This document shows, in pieces, positions 40,780 through 49,760 of a stretch of 64,000 bases of DNA (within the stretch, counting starts at the first letter, position 1; the number at the start of each line of letters is the position of its first letter). A program made the position numbers and the translations under genes. Under the pieces are notes generated by a model that saw only the letters and a list, made by a program, of their open reading frames with translations, ran no database searches and was not told the DNA's origin. The stretch covers positions 2,240,001-2,304,000 of the forward strand of contig CBDCFN010000016.1 in the NCBI GenBank assembly GCA_965216315.1. The letters run 5' to 3'. Source of the stretch: a bacterium (lineage in GTDB: Bacteria > UBA10199 > 2-02-FULL-50-16 > JAJFLM01).

Positions 40780-41628
40780 TTACGCTCTTTCATGTTTTGT
40801 CACCGGCAGCATCTGGATACTGAGCAAGACAACATCATCTGGATTGTCATCGTCAGCAACCAACTGGAGGATTTCGCGTCGAAACTCCTGAATGCGTTTT
40901 TTGATCTGCGGGACTCTTTCTTTAATAATTCCTAAAGTCAGAGCACTGACATCCCGTTCTTTTTGTTCCACCTCGGGAAGCTGCCCTTTTAATAAATCAA
41001 ACAAACTCTGGTGATAATTTAAAAGCACGAGGGAATCGGCTTCGGCACCGCTCGTTACAAGCGGTGTCGCCTGTTTCCACTTATTGGTCACCGCATCACG
41101 CTCAATAAAATGAAGTCGCGCCAACAATTCGACGGACTTTTTTACTTGCGCGGGAGACACTTCCGGCTGCAATCTTTTAGCCAACCACTCGATTGAACCG
41201 TCAAAATCCTTAGAAATGATCAACTCGCGCACAACCGGATGATACCAGGTTGAAAAATACTCGTAACGATCCTGCGCAAGTGGCTCTAACTGACTGTAGC
41301 GTTGAGAACGAATCAACTTCTTATAGTAAGCGTTTTTTTCCGCGTGCGTTTTCGCCTGATTAAAGAAGACGAGATTACGAAAGTGCTCGCGCTCCGGACG
41401 CTCCAGTTTGATTCCTTTAATGAATTTCTTGAGGCTTTCCTCAGTCAGGTTACGTTCGCCATCCATGACGAGTTTAAAAATATTGGAGGATTTAAAGCCG
41501 GCTTGCCGGGAAAAGACCCGATATGAAAACCCGTACCGCTCTTTGGCCGATTCATACCAATCGCGCAAGAAGGCCCGGTAATCCATATAATCGAATACTG
41601 AGACGTTATTGTTGCCGTTGTTACCCAT
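40780..41628 (-). CDS. TIGR02147/DUF4423-family HTH protein, copy 2
   Basis: Same motif set as copy 1 (DYR.FL.DWY, FSYR.FS..AG, WYHPVVREL, RDVSALTLGI). Confidence 0.9.
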   Translation of the reverse strand: MGNNGNNNVSVFDYMDYRAFLRDWYESAKERYGFSYRVFSRQAGFKSSNIFKLVMDGERNLTEESLKKFIKGIKLERPEREHFRNLVFFNQAKTHAEKNAYYKKLIRSQRYSQLEPLAQDRYEYFSTWYHPVVRELIISKDFDGSIEWLAKRLQPEVSPAQVKKSVELLARLHFIERDAVTNKWKQATPLVTSGAEADSLVLLNYHQSLFDLLKGQLPEVEQKERDVSALTLGIIKERVPQIKKRIQEFRREILQLVADDDNPDDVVLLSIQMLPVTKHERA

Positions 41629-41676
41629 GTCACTTACCTATACGCTATTATACCCTGTATACTGCCTGTTCTCTAG

Positions 41677-41703
41677 TTATCGTTCAGCGTCCGGCTTGAG
41701 TTG
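41677..41703 (-). promoter_or_regulatory. Promoter CAAC-N16-ACGATAA for TIGR02147 copy 2
   Basis: Motif match; no phased palindrome seen. Confidence 0.65.
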
Positions 41704-41826
41704 CCTCATTTTGACGAAATTTATCAATTTTTTGTATGCAGCAATCCCTATCTAACTATCTGTTATTATTAATTTTTTAATTTCTATCTTATTTATGCCC
41801 TTTTTTTTGAGTCAACAGGCCCCCCT

Positions 41827-41888
41827 GTTGACCCAGGTCAACAGATAATCCTGACGAAACGCAACGAAGACTCGAACGAATCCGATAA
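41827..41888 (+). promoter_or_regulatory. GTTGAC-CCAG-GTCAAC (41827-41842) 19 bp upstream of promoter CAAC-N16-CCGATAA (41862-41888)
   Basis: Perfect palindrome; extra GTCAAC half-site at 41811. Confidence 0.75.
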
Positions 41889-41931
41889 GTCTCAACGAAA
41901 CGAACCGCAATTTCTGAGCATGGAGGCAACA

Positions 41932-42522
41932 ATGGGTGAACCAAGCACACTTCTTAATATCTATAATAGCACCAAAGACTATATTTGGAACTTAGCCGCT
42001 GCGCAGCCCGTGGAAACGGATAGCGATGTCGCTTCCGGCGCTGATGACACGGCGCAAACTCATGCGAATACGGATTTACTAGACAAGACCGTCACCCCCT
42101 GCAAAAAGGCAACTCCTTCGGTCGTTCGCCTTCATCAAGCCCCGATGCGCCCCGGCCAGCGGGACGATGGGGATACCGAATTCACCAATTTCATGAAACG
42201 ACCCGGTTTCGGGCACGACGAACGCGTCGTCAGAGAGCTTGGTTATGCGTTTGACAAGTCGAAACTACCGGACACGATTACAGTCCGCATGCAAATATCG
42301 TCCAATGGAAGTATTGCGGTCGCCGAACTCCCGGAAGACTACAAACCACCGAAGGGCATTTCACGGGAGGAAATGAACCACATCATTCATCGAGCGCTCG
42401 TGCCTTTTAGCGTGCCTAGCTATGCAGTGCCGGAAGCATCGCGAACGAATCCATGCGCGTGGATCACGCACACCATATCGCTGAATCCGACACCGGATCC
42501 GGCATCAGTACCTAACAGTTAA
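41932..42522 (+). CDS. Hypothetical protein without signal peptide
   Basis: GGAGG before ATG 41932; bracketed by promoter and terminator. Confidence 0.7.
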   Translation: MGEPSTLLNIYNSTKDYIWNLAAAQPVETDSDVASGADDTAQTHANTDLLDKTVTPCKKATPSVVRLHQAPMRPGQRDDGDTEFTNFMKRPGFGHDERVVRELGYAFDKSKLPDTITVRMQISSNGSIAVAELPEDYKPPKGISREEMNHIIHRALVPFSVPSYAVPEASRTNPCAWITHTISLNPTPDPASVPNS

Positions 42523-42528
42523 AAACAG

Positions 42529-42597
42529 CTTACACATACGCACCCATGACACTCCGAAAAAGGTCATCCTCTTCACCCCTTGAGGATGGCTTTTTTT
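42529..42597 (+). terminator. 3' UTR 27-nt motif (copy 1) plus intrinsic terminator
   Basis: CTTACACATACGCACCCATGACACTCC then AAAAAGGTCATCCTC...GAGGATGGCTTTTTTT. Confidence 0.8.
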
Positions 42598-42608
42598 CGT
42601 TCACTCGT

Positions 42609-42670
42609 GTTGACTGACGTTAACAGATAAACTTTTTGCAACGCAACAGTGTGTCGGTAGGTACCGATAA
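42609..42670 (+). promoter_or_regulatory. GTTGAC-TGAC-GTTAAC (42609-42624) 19 bp upstream of promoter CAAC-N16-CCGATAA (42644-42670)
   Basis: Motif pair with conserved spacing. Confidence 0.75.
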
Positions 42671-42676
42671 CTAATA

Positions 42677-42758
42677 TACAACAAGTTATTCAACTTACAC
42701 ATACGCACCCATGACACTCCAAAAAGGTCATCCCTCTCCCCGGGGGGATGACCTTTTT
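42677..42758 (+). ncRNA. Candidate ~80-nt sRNA (motif copy 2 plus terminator); 5' end estimated
   Basis: Own promoter, no complete ORF, 27-nt motif at 42694-42720, terminator AAAAAGGTCATCCC...GGGATGACCTTTTT. Confidence 0.65.
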
Positions 42759-42770
42759 ACTTTTAAAGGT

Positions 42771-42841
42771 GTTAACTTACGTCAACAGATAAAGCCTTCG
42801 TTAACGAATATTAAACAACATCGTTTGCGAATAACCGATAA
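42771..42841 (+). promoter_or_regulatory. GTTAAC-TTAC-GTCAAC (42771-42786) 29 bp upstream of promoter CAAC-N15-CCGATAA (42816-42841)
   Basis: Motif pair. Confidence 0.7.
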
Positions 42842-42890
42842 TACTACAGGTAGGCTAACTGATAACTCGTTTCAGAAAGGTTGGGATAAC

Positions 42891-43238
42891 ATGTCGTATC
42901 AAATTCATACCGTCCGTCCGGGAGACACGTTGGCAAGCATTGCGCGGCACTACGGCGTCACCATGCAGCAACTCCGGAAGCTGAATGTTCATCTCACGCA
43001 ATCGAGTGGCTCGATTCCTCGTACGAGTGCAGGAAGTAAGATTTACGTCGGTGACGAAGTCCGTATTAAAGAGCTCCTTGAGTGCGGCCGCAACGTCGGG
43101 CCTTTTCAGTTGGGTTGTCGTTATGCGTCGAGTGACACATTAAAACTGGAGTTTGGTATCAAGGGCGACGTAAGCACACAACCCCTTAATTCCTCAATCA
43201 TGGTTGGCGCCAGAATCACTTTTTCCGGGGGCAACTAA
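42891..43238 (+). CDS. Small LysM-domain protein, no signal peptide
   Basis: HTVRPGDTLASIARHYGVT...L..LN...IYVGD; GAAAGG Shine-Dalgarno-like sequence upstream. Confidence 0.85.
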   Translation: MSYQIHTVRPGDTLASIARHYGVTMQQLRKLNVHLTQSSGSIPRTSAGSKIYVGDEVRIKELLECGRNVGPFQLGCRYASSDTLKLEFGIKGDVSTQPLNSSIMVGARITFSGGN

Positions 43239-43247
43239 ATAGCTGAA

Positions 43248-44435
43248 CTAGGGTTGCGCCGTAAACGAAGTCGTTGCGGCCTTGGTCTTACCGCCCGTCC
43301 CGCAGTCGATTTCATCGACCTTGACCTCGTATTCGGTCCCGGCGGCAAAGGGGTCAACGCCGTGCTCGCACGCGATCTCATCCGCCCCCAGCTGATGGTT
43401 GGTGCAATCGACGTCGATCGCGAGTCCTTTGGGCTGAATAATCAGCGCGCTGGGAAAATCGATCAGGCCAAGATGATATTTGCAGCCCAAGCGAACAATC
43501 ACCTGTTCCGAGAGGCCTACGCCCGTCTGACCGTTGAAGGGATAAATTCTCAAGACCGGAACCATCCCCCCCAAATCTTCCTCACGACAAGGTGAGCCGG
43601 GATCATTGTCATCGATAAAACCATTGAGGTCACAATCCCGCTCCATTTGATCAAGTACGCCGTCGTTATCATCGTCCGTGTCGATCGCATCCGAGTCCCC
43701 ATCCTCGTCGCGGTCCGTATAGATCTCCGGATTGTGTTCCGGAATCGCGTCAAGACCCTCGATCTGCACCCGACCTAAGTCAACGGGTTTCTCGGCCGGG
43801 AGCCCGACGTAAAACTCATTTTGGCGGATAAAGGCGCGCTGCTTACTGAGATGTTCCATCTTCACGACCAGGCGCGCGACGAGGTCACCGGTCTTTTTTC
43901 GGAACTCCAGCATATAAGCGCGCTTGGTCGGCACAGCGAGCTTAAAAGAGCAATCCGATTCAATTCTCGTAGTGAGCTCTTGTCGTGCAGAGTTGATCGC
44001 GGTCACGGTCGCGGCCGGACAGACCTTGACTACCGCAATTTTAGTCGCCTGCTCGGCCCATTCCGTCCGGATGTTTACCAGACTCATCTGCATGAGCGGC
44101 CTGATATCCTTATACGGCAATTCGCGCACCGGGCTCTCGATCAGCTGCCGTTCCTCTTCCACGGGCTGCAGCTGACCGATGATCAGGCGTAGCGGAGCCG
44201 GATCCTGATCGTAAGGTGTTCCCGGCCGTGGCCCTGGTCCCGGATCAGTCGGCGTCGCTTCCGGATTCCCGAAATCCGTTCCCCCGAACTCTGGGTTCCC
44301 GAAATCCGTTCCGCTGATCGTTTGCTCGGTATCGACAATGTCCGGTGGTGCGGTATCCGCTCCCTGCGGCTGGACGCACGCGGCAATAAAAAAGACGAGC
44401 GCAATAGTACTGAGCAACCGGCTCCAGCAGGTCAT
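43248..44435 (-). CDS. Lipoprotein of the GNP-motif family (2 copies) with DxDxDG repeats and Ig-like C-terminus
   Basis: IAAC lipobox, SGTDFGNPEFGGTDFGNP, DCSF.L.VP...Y; ATGA overlap with TIGR02147 copy 3. Confidence 0.82.
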   Translation of the reverse strand: MTCWSRLLSTIALVFFIAACVQPQGADTAPPDIVDTEQTISGTDFGNPEFGGTDFGNPEATPTDPGPGPRPGTPYDQDPAPLRLIIGQLQPVEEERQLIESPVRELPYKDIRPLMQMSLVNIRTEWAEQATKIAVVKVCPAATVTAINSARQELTTRIESDCSFKLAVPTKRAYMLEFRKKTGDLVARLVVKMEHLSKQRAFIRQNEFYVGLPAEKPVDLGRVQIEGLDAIPEHNPEIYTDRDEDGDSDAIDTDDDNDGVLDQMERDCDLNGFIDDNDPGSPCREEDLGGMVPVLRIYPFNGQTGVGLSEQVIVRLGCKYHLGLIDFPSALIIQPKGLAIDVDCTNHQLGADEIACEHGVDPFAAGTEYEVKVDEIDCGTGGKTKAATTSFTAQP

Positions 44436-45292
44436 GATCCACCTGCCTCGTCCGTCGGCTCTTCGACCATCGGGAATAAATAGATATTCAACTGCAAGAC
44501 CTCCTCCGTCTCCGTATCATCGGCGACCAGCTTGAGGATGTCCTGTCGAAATTTTTCGATTTTCTTCTTTATCTGGTGCAGGCGGGGCTTGGTTACTCCC
44601 AAGGTCAACGCCCCCATATAGCGCCTCGGTGCCGGAACGGCCCCAAGCAGGTGGGGGAGAAGCTTCATCATAGTCTTATGATAATTGAAAAGCTCAACGG
44701 ATTCAATAGCGGTCCCGGGGGCGAGCACGGAAGAGCTCTGTTCCCAGCGTCCTGACGGGCTGCGATGGATCAATTCGAGCTTTTCCAAGAGCTCGAGCGA
44801 GGCTTCGACCTGCTCCAATTTGATCCGTTTTCCGAGCCGCGTCATCAACCATTCCGGGGTTCCATCATAGTCCTTGGCCGTGATGAGCTCGCGAATGACC
44901 GCATGGTACCAAGCCGAACAATATTCATGCTGATGGGCTCTAATCGGTTGTCTTTGTTGGTATTTTTTCGAACGCAGCAACAAGTTGTAGTAACGATCCT
45001 CTTCTTCATGGGTCTTGGCCTGGTTATACGCGACCAGATTGCTAAAAAAATCGGCGTCCTGGGCCGCCAGCTTCAAGGCCTTAACCGTCTTCGGCAAGGT
45101 ATCCGCAGTTAAGTTCCGTTTTCCCTGAATGACCAACATGATGTAGTTGGAGGACTTGAACCCGGCGCGTTCCGCAAATCTTCGATAGGACATGGAGGCC
45201 CGGGTCTTTTTCTTCGCCTCAAACCAGTCGCGCAAATAGGTACGATAATCGTTGTAATCGTAGAGATTTATGTCCTCTGCCGGCTCCGACAC
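44432..45292 (-). CDS. TIGR02147/DUF4423-family HTH protein, copy 3
   Basis: DYR.YL.DW, SYRRFAERAG.KS, G.RNL, WYHAVIREL, LTLGV, I.KFR.DIL. Confidence 0.9.
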   Translation of the reverse strand: MSEPAEDINLYDYNDYRTYLRDWFEAKKKTRASMSYRRFAERAGFKSSNYIMLVIQGKRNLTADTLPKTVKALKLAAQDADFFSNLVAYNQAKTHEEEDRYYNLLLRSKKYQQRQPIRAHQHEYCSAWYHAVIRELITAKDYDGTPEWLMTRLGKRIKLEQVEASLELLEKLELIHRSPSGRWEQSSSVLAPGTAIESVELFNYHKTMMKLLPHLLGAVPAPRRYMGALTLGVTKPRLHQIKKKIEKFRQDILKLVADDTETEEVLQLNIYLFPMVEEPTDEAGGS

Positions 45293-45357
45293 CTACCAAA
45301 AATACCTGTAATTACTTGTAGGCGCAACTAAATGGTCTCTTTGGGAGTTCTGGACCG

Positions 45358-47238
45358 CTAACCCTCACCATTCGGGTCTTGGATGACCATGCGTGCCGCC
45401 GCCGTCCAATAGTCGACGTCAATCTCCGCATCGACGAGGAGGCGTGCCCCGGCCAAGGTCGTAATCTCCGGATGTTCGTGGAAGCGAATCGGGATCAACG
45501 GGATAAAGTAAGGTGGGTAACGCTCCAATACATAATCAAGCAGCTCCATTTTATCATCGTCGCTAAGCCACTCGAGTCGCGCTAACCCCAAAAACCGAAA
45601 GGCCTGTCGCAAGTTGAGCGGCTTCGGATAGAGCGACACATGGGCCGTTTGATAGATATTCCATAATTCGTGGAGGTGGCTCTCGATCTGACTGCGCTGT
45701 TTCTGCGGCGAGGTCACGCCGCCACCTACGAAGATGATGTGCTGTCCCGGATAACGCAAAAACCGTTTGGCAAATTCCGCAAATTTCTCGACATACTTAC
45801 CCGAGATATAAACAGACTCATCAAAAATAAACACTGTCGGTTGCACGATATCATCGATCTCGCGGATCAAGCCGATGGCCCGATCACCTCCCCCCATCGC
45901 CTGGGCATCAAGCGAAACGACTCGGTGCCCCCTTTCTGATAAGACCCGTTCCAAATTCCAGATGAGAACCTCACTTTTTCCGGAGCCCGAAAGGCCGGTC
46001 GAAGAGACGAGCTGGACACCATCCTCAATCGCGCTAACGACCTGATCGACTTCGGAAGCACGATAGTCACGAAGCGACTTATCCGAAGGATCTCGATCGA
46101 TCGACCGCAGCAGCCGACTATCCTGAGTACGAAAGCCCACCACATGATAAGGGGATCGCGGTTGAGTCCGCTGCGATAAGTCAGGAATCGGCGGGGTCTG
46201 ACGCGGGCGCGGAAATAGGTGGGGTCGATAAATAATCAAGGCATTGCGCACCGTCTCCGGCAAATTGGTAAAGGGCATCCCGAGCACACCCCGTACACGA
46301 CGGAGAATGCGGCCGCCGCGTCCCGCAATAACCGATTCACGAAAACGGCTGATAGTCTCATCATCCTTTAAATCCAATTGCATCGTGTAGCTGGAGCGAT
46401 CGAGCAAGAAGGCCAGCCCCGGACGGCGCGCCACGTCCACGACCTGATCAACCGTAAACTGATAACCATGACGCTCAATAATCTCGGACACAACTCGCAG
46501 CCAGCCGAGTTTAATCCGGGGGAGCACAATAAACCCAGCGAGTTCGCGTGGACTCCTCAGTTCATTGTATTTATCTTGAGCAAAGGCCTCGCCGTAATCG
46601 CCCGCAAATTCCTTCAGTTTATTGCCGATGGCATTGCGAGTTCCCTGATCGATCGTAACCCCATCAAAGAAGCGGTAGGCATAACGGCCGACCTCACGCG
46701 CTTCGATCTGGAAGTCACTCACCATCCCACTCTTGCGCGCAAAATGAAGTAGATTTTGATGGATCTGCAGAGCCAGTCGGGACTTGGATCCCGTAATTTC
46801 TATGGATGTATCACTCCTTCGCGTCAGCGATCCGTCCGCATTCCGTTGCCAGACGTACGTACAACTTCCATTGATACTGTCACCATTCCCTTTAAACTCG
46901 GCGTGCGTCTCAAAAGTATTTTCGTTGTGTCTCGCCACACGCAGGCAATCAAGCTTCAAGGAAATGTTCATTCCTTCAAAGGCATTAATCAGATCCTGGA
47001 TGGTGACCCGCTCCCCAAAGAATTGCGCAAACGCTTGATGCAAAGCGGGATGCCGCGACGCATCCTCAATCGCATAGTCGACATCGTCGATCGATACGGA
47101 GCTGAGCCGGTGCGTTTGAATAGGAAACGGCCCCGAAGGAGGATTTAAAATATCGAAAGAATCCCCGGAGGCCAGAACAGTCGTCATCAAGCCTATTGAG
47201 GCTAAACCGTTCGTATAGGAGGACACCACAGGCAGCAT
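45358..47238 (-). CDS. Hypothetical protein with C-terminal P-loop NTPase domain
   Basis: GLSGSGKS Walker A, VFIFDE Walker B; start at ATG 47238 or GTG 47244. Confidence 0.7.
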   Translation of the reverse strand: MLPVVSSYTNGLASIGLMTTVLASGDSFDILNPPSGPFPIQTHRLSSVSIDDVDYAIEDASRHPALHQAFAQFFGERVTIQDLINAFEGMNISLKLDCLRVARHNENTFETHAEFKGNGDSINGSCTYVWQRNADGSLTRRSDTSIEITGSKSRLALQIHQNLLHFARKSGMVSDFQIEAREVGRYAYRFFDGVTIDQGTRNAIGNKLKEFAGDYGEAFAQDKYNELRSPRELAGFIVLPRIKLGWLRVVSEIIERHGYQFTVDQVVDVARRPGLAFLLDRSSYTMQLDLKDDETISRFRESVIAGRGGRILRRVRGVLGMPFTNLPETVRNALIIYRPHLFPRPRQTPPIPDLSQRTQPRSPYHVVGFRTQDSRLLRSIDRDPSDKSLRDYRASEVDQVVSAIEDGVQLVSSTGLSGSGKSEVLIWNLERVLSERGHRVVSLDAQAMGGGDRAIGLIREIDDIVQPTVFIFDESVYISGKYVEKFAEFAKRFLRYPGQHIIFVGGGVTSPQKQRSQIESHLHELWNIYQTAHVSLYPKPLNLRQAFRFLGLARLEWLSDDDKMELLDYVLERYPPYFIPLIPIRFHEHPEITTLAGARLLVDAEIDVDYWTAAARMVIQDPNGEG

Positions 47239-47272
47239 ACTCACTTCATCGCCGCTCTGCGTAAGAAGTTGC

Positions 47273-48121
47273 TTAAGCCTTGGGGCTCGTTAACGGAAAC
47301 ATGTGAATATTGACCTGAACGACCTCTTCCGGGGTTTCATCTGCGGAGACGAATTTGAGGATGTCCTGACGAAATTTTTGGACTTTTTTCTTGAGTTGCT
47401 CCAGCCTTTCTTTACGCACCCCGAGGGTCAATGCACTGATATCGCGTCGTTCTCCCGGTACGGTATCAAGAACCTCCTTGGTCAACTCGAGCATATTATA
47501 ATGATATGCAAATAATTCGATCGAGCGAACATCCGCCCCCGTCGAAACTAAACTATGGCTCTGTTTCCACCGACCTTTTTTATTGCGCTTGGCGAAGCCC
47601 AAGGTTTCTAATAATTCGAGAGAATGCGTCACATCGGCAACAGATACTTTCGGAAAAATCCGTTCCGCAATCCATTCAGCAGTCCCGTCATATTCTTTTG
47701 CCGTAATGAGTTCGCGAATGACGGCATGGTACCAACGAGAGCAATATTCATATTGGTGCGTGCGTATCGGTTCTAACTGGTTATACTTTCTCGACCGCAG
47801 CATGCGTTGATAATAACGCTCTTTGTCCCGCTGATGTTCCTCCTGCGTATAATGAACCAGGTTTTCAAAAAATTCCGTCTCCTGCTTGTTCAGCTTGAGC
47901 GCCTTGGCCACTTTAGGAATGCTTTCTTGGCTCAAATTTCGCTTGCCCTGCAACACCATCATAATGAAATTCCAGGACTTGAGGCCGGCACGCTCCGAGA
48001 ACTTTCGATACGACATGCCCGCCCGGGTCTGTTTAGCAGCTTTGTACCAATCGTTTAGAAAATCACGATAATCTAGATAACTAAACGGGCTGACCTGATT
48101 GGCAATGCGTGACTGTGACAT
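47273..48121 (-). CDS. TIGR02147/DUF4423-family HTH protein, copy 4
   Basis: Same motifs; closest to copy 3 (PIR.HQ.EYCS.WYHAVIRELITAK.YDGT). Confidence 0.9.
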   Translation of the reverse strand: MSQSRIANQVSPFSYLDYRDFLNDWYKAAKQTRAGMSYRKFSERAGLKSWNFIMMVLQGKRNLSQESIPKVAKALKLNKQETEFFENLVHYTQEEHQRDKERYYQRMLRSRKYNQLEPIRTHQYEYCSRWYHAVIRELITAKEYDGTAEWIAERIFPKVSVADVTHSLELLETLGFAKRNKKGRWKQSHSLVSTGADVRSIELFAYHYNMLELTKEVLDTVPGERRDISALTLGVRKERLEQLKKKVQKFRQDILKFVSADETPEEVVQVNIHMFPLTSPKA

Positions 48122-48443
48122 AGGGGTTTCAATGATCTTATAACAACCCCCTCATCAAGTACACAGAAATTGGCATGATGCTTTTAAAGAAAAGAGGCTA
48201 ATAATACCTCGCTTTTTAGCAGCGAGTTTTCTGTACACGCTCAATGCACAGAGCCTTGTTGCAGAGGACACCGGCAAGGCGGCACAGCAGGCAATGACGG
48301 GGCGACGACCGGAGAGACGCCGCCCCGCCCAGGGTTCAGCTAGCGGTATTGACCGATTCCAAGGAAACGGACGCACCCGACAACCACCAGCAGAGCCAGA
48401 GTGCCTACAGAGAGAAGAACTGATGACTCGCCCGAACAGTTAG

Positions 48444-48515
48444 TTATCGGATATATGAGGTCCGCGGATGCGGATTATCAGCAGAATATTCTATAATCAG
48501 TGTACTTTAGTACAC
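48444..48515 (-). promoter_or_regulatory. Promoter CATC-N16-CCGATAA (48444-48470) with GTGTAC-TTTA-GTACAC (48500-48515) 29 bp upstream
   Basis: Perfect palindrome and motif pair. Confidence 0.7.
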
Positions 48516-48565
48516 TAACAAGTCTCATTTATTTAACAATTCTAAGCAACTATGATTAGTCGATT

Positions 48566-49711
48566 CTATAAAGCCGTCTTAAAAGTCCAACTCGTCTGCG
48601 GAATACTTTCCCCGCCGTCACAGTCGGTCTCCAGCAGCGTCGCCGTGTACGTCATGTTGTGCACAAAGGGAAGCGCGTGCGTACACTCAATAACCGTATT
48701 GCCAACAAAGAGAACCGACACGCACGCAATCGTGGCAGCCACTTCATCCTCGAGTTTGATCTTGCCCGAATCAAACTGGCCGACATCAACGGGGCAACTG
48801 ACCTTGACCCGTATCTTTTGCAACTCACCTATATCCGTTTCGCCACTAAAAGGAGACGCTGCGAGCACTCGCGGTCCGGAAGAGGATCCTCCTGCGGAAC
48901 ACGCGGAATCTTCGTCGCCATCATCGGGAAAGCCATCGAGGTCACAGTCCGGCTCTTCCACATCAGGAATTCCATCATTATCGTCGTCAGGATCGTCTTT
49001 GTCATTGAGGCCATCTCCGTCGCGGTCACTCCACGCGCGCGGATCATTGGCCGCCGTTGCAATCTTACCTGTGCGCGCAATAGCCCCCAAATCGAGCGGG
49101 GTGTCCGAAGCCGGGATGTTGAAAGTATGAAGCGGAACGCCTCCGACTACTGAGACGACTAAACGCGATTGGATCGAGCCTGCCGACCAAAAACTCATAT
49201 GATAAAGTTGATTGGAGGGGACCTCAATACGGAAAGAACAATCGTCTTGAATATCGGACTCATGAACCTCTCCATCGGAAGCGGTTAACTTGACGTGGTC
49301 GACCCCGCAAATCAGCTTCGGCGGGGTCGCGAAGGAACCGGGACCAGGCGCGGGCGGTTCCGGCACGGTACTTCCTCCCGTCGTAAACCCCGGGGCCAAA
49401 CCTACCTGGTCGCCCGCGAATCCAGGATTGTCTCCCGGTGCCGGCTCCTCGTTCCCTGAAGGGGCCTTTTCTGCAATGAGTTTCAACTGACCCGTCACGA
49501 GAGCGATGGGATTGCCGAATTCGGAACCCCCTTGAGGATTACCAAATTCCGAACCTCCCTGTTCCTGCGGATTACCGAATTCGGAAGCGCCGGTCTTTTC
49601 GACCTCAGCCCCAGTGGGGACGTTATCGGGAGAATCAAGACCGCCTCCCGGTACACAGGATGTCAGTAGGAATAACAGGGCCGTAATCGAAACAATTGAA
49701 CGCGCGTGCAT
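48566..49711 (-). CDS. Lipoprotein of the GNP-motif family (3 copies) with DxDxDG repeats and Ig-like C-terminus
   Basis: LTSC lipobox, GASEFGNP/GGSEFGNP/GGSEFGNP, DCSF.I.VP...Y; paralogue of 43248-44435. Confidence 0.82.
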   Translation of the reverse strand: MHARSIVSITALLFLLTSCVPGGGLDSPDNVPTGAEVEKTGASEFGNPQEQGGSEFGNPQGGSEFGNPIALVTGQLKLIAEKAPSGNEEPAPGDNPGFAGDQVGLAPGFTTGGSTVPEPPAPGPGSFATPPKLICGVDHVKLTASDGEVHESDIQDDCSFRIEVPSNQLYHMSFWSAGSIQSRLVVSVVGGVPLHTFNIPASDTPLDLGAIARTGKIATAANDPRAWSDRDGDGLNDKDDPDDDNDGIPDVEEPDCDLDGFPDDGDEDSACSAGGSSSGPRVLAASPFSGETDIGELQKIRVKVSCPVDVGQFDSGKIKLEDEVAATIACVSVLFVGNTVIECTHALPFVHNMTYTATLLETDCDGGESIPQTSWTFKTAL

Positions 49712-49760
49712 AGACTCTCCCTTTATACCATGTTGTCCCCCGTCAGGGAATAACTACCGA

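Noticed and set aside
42529..42720. 27-nt direct repeat as a mini CRISPR array
   Set aside because: Two copies 165 bp apart, each followed by a terminator, with a promoter in between; no cas genes.
42711..42890. N-terminal extension of the LysM ORF (ATG 42711)
   Set aside because: Runs through a terminator, operator and promoter; ATG 42891 starts the LysM domain.
48171..48190. Sigma54 promoter at TTGGCATGATGC
   Set aside because: No GC at the -12 position, and it points away from the adjacent gene.
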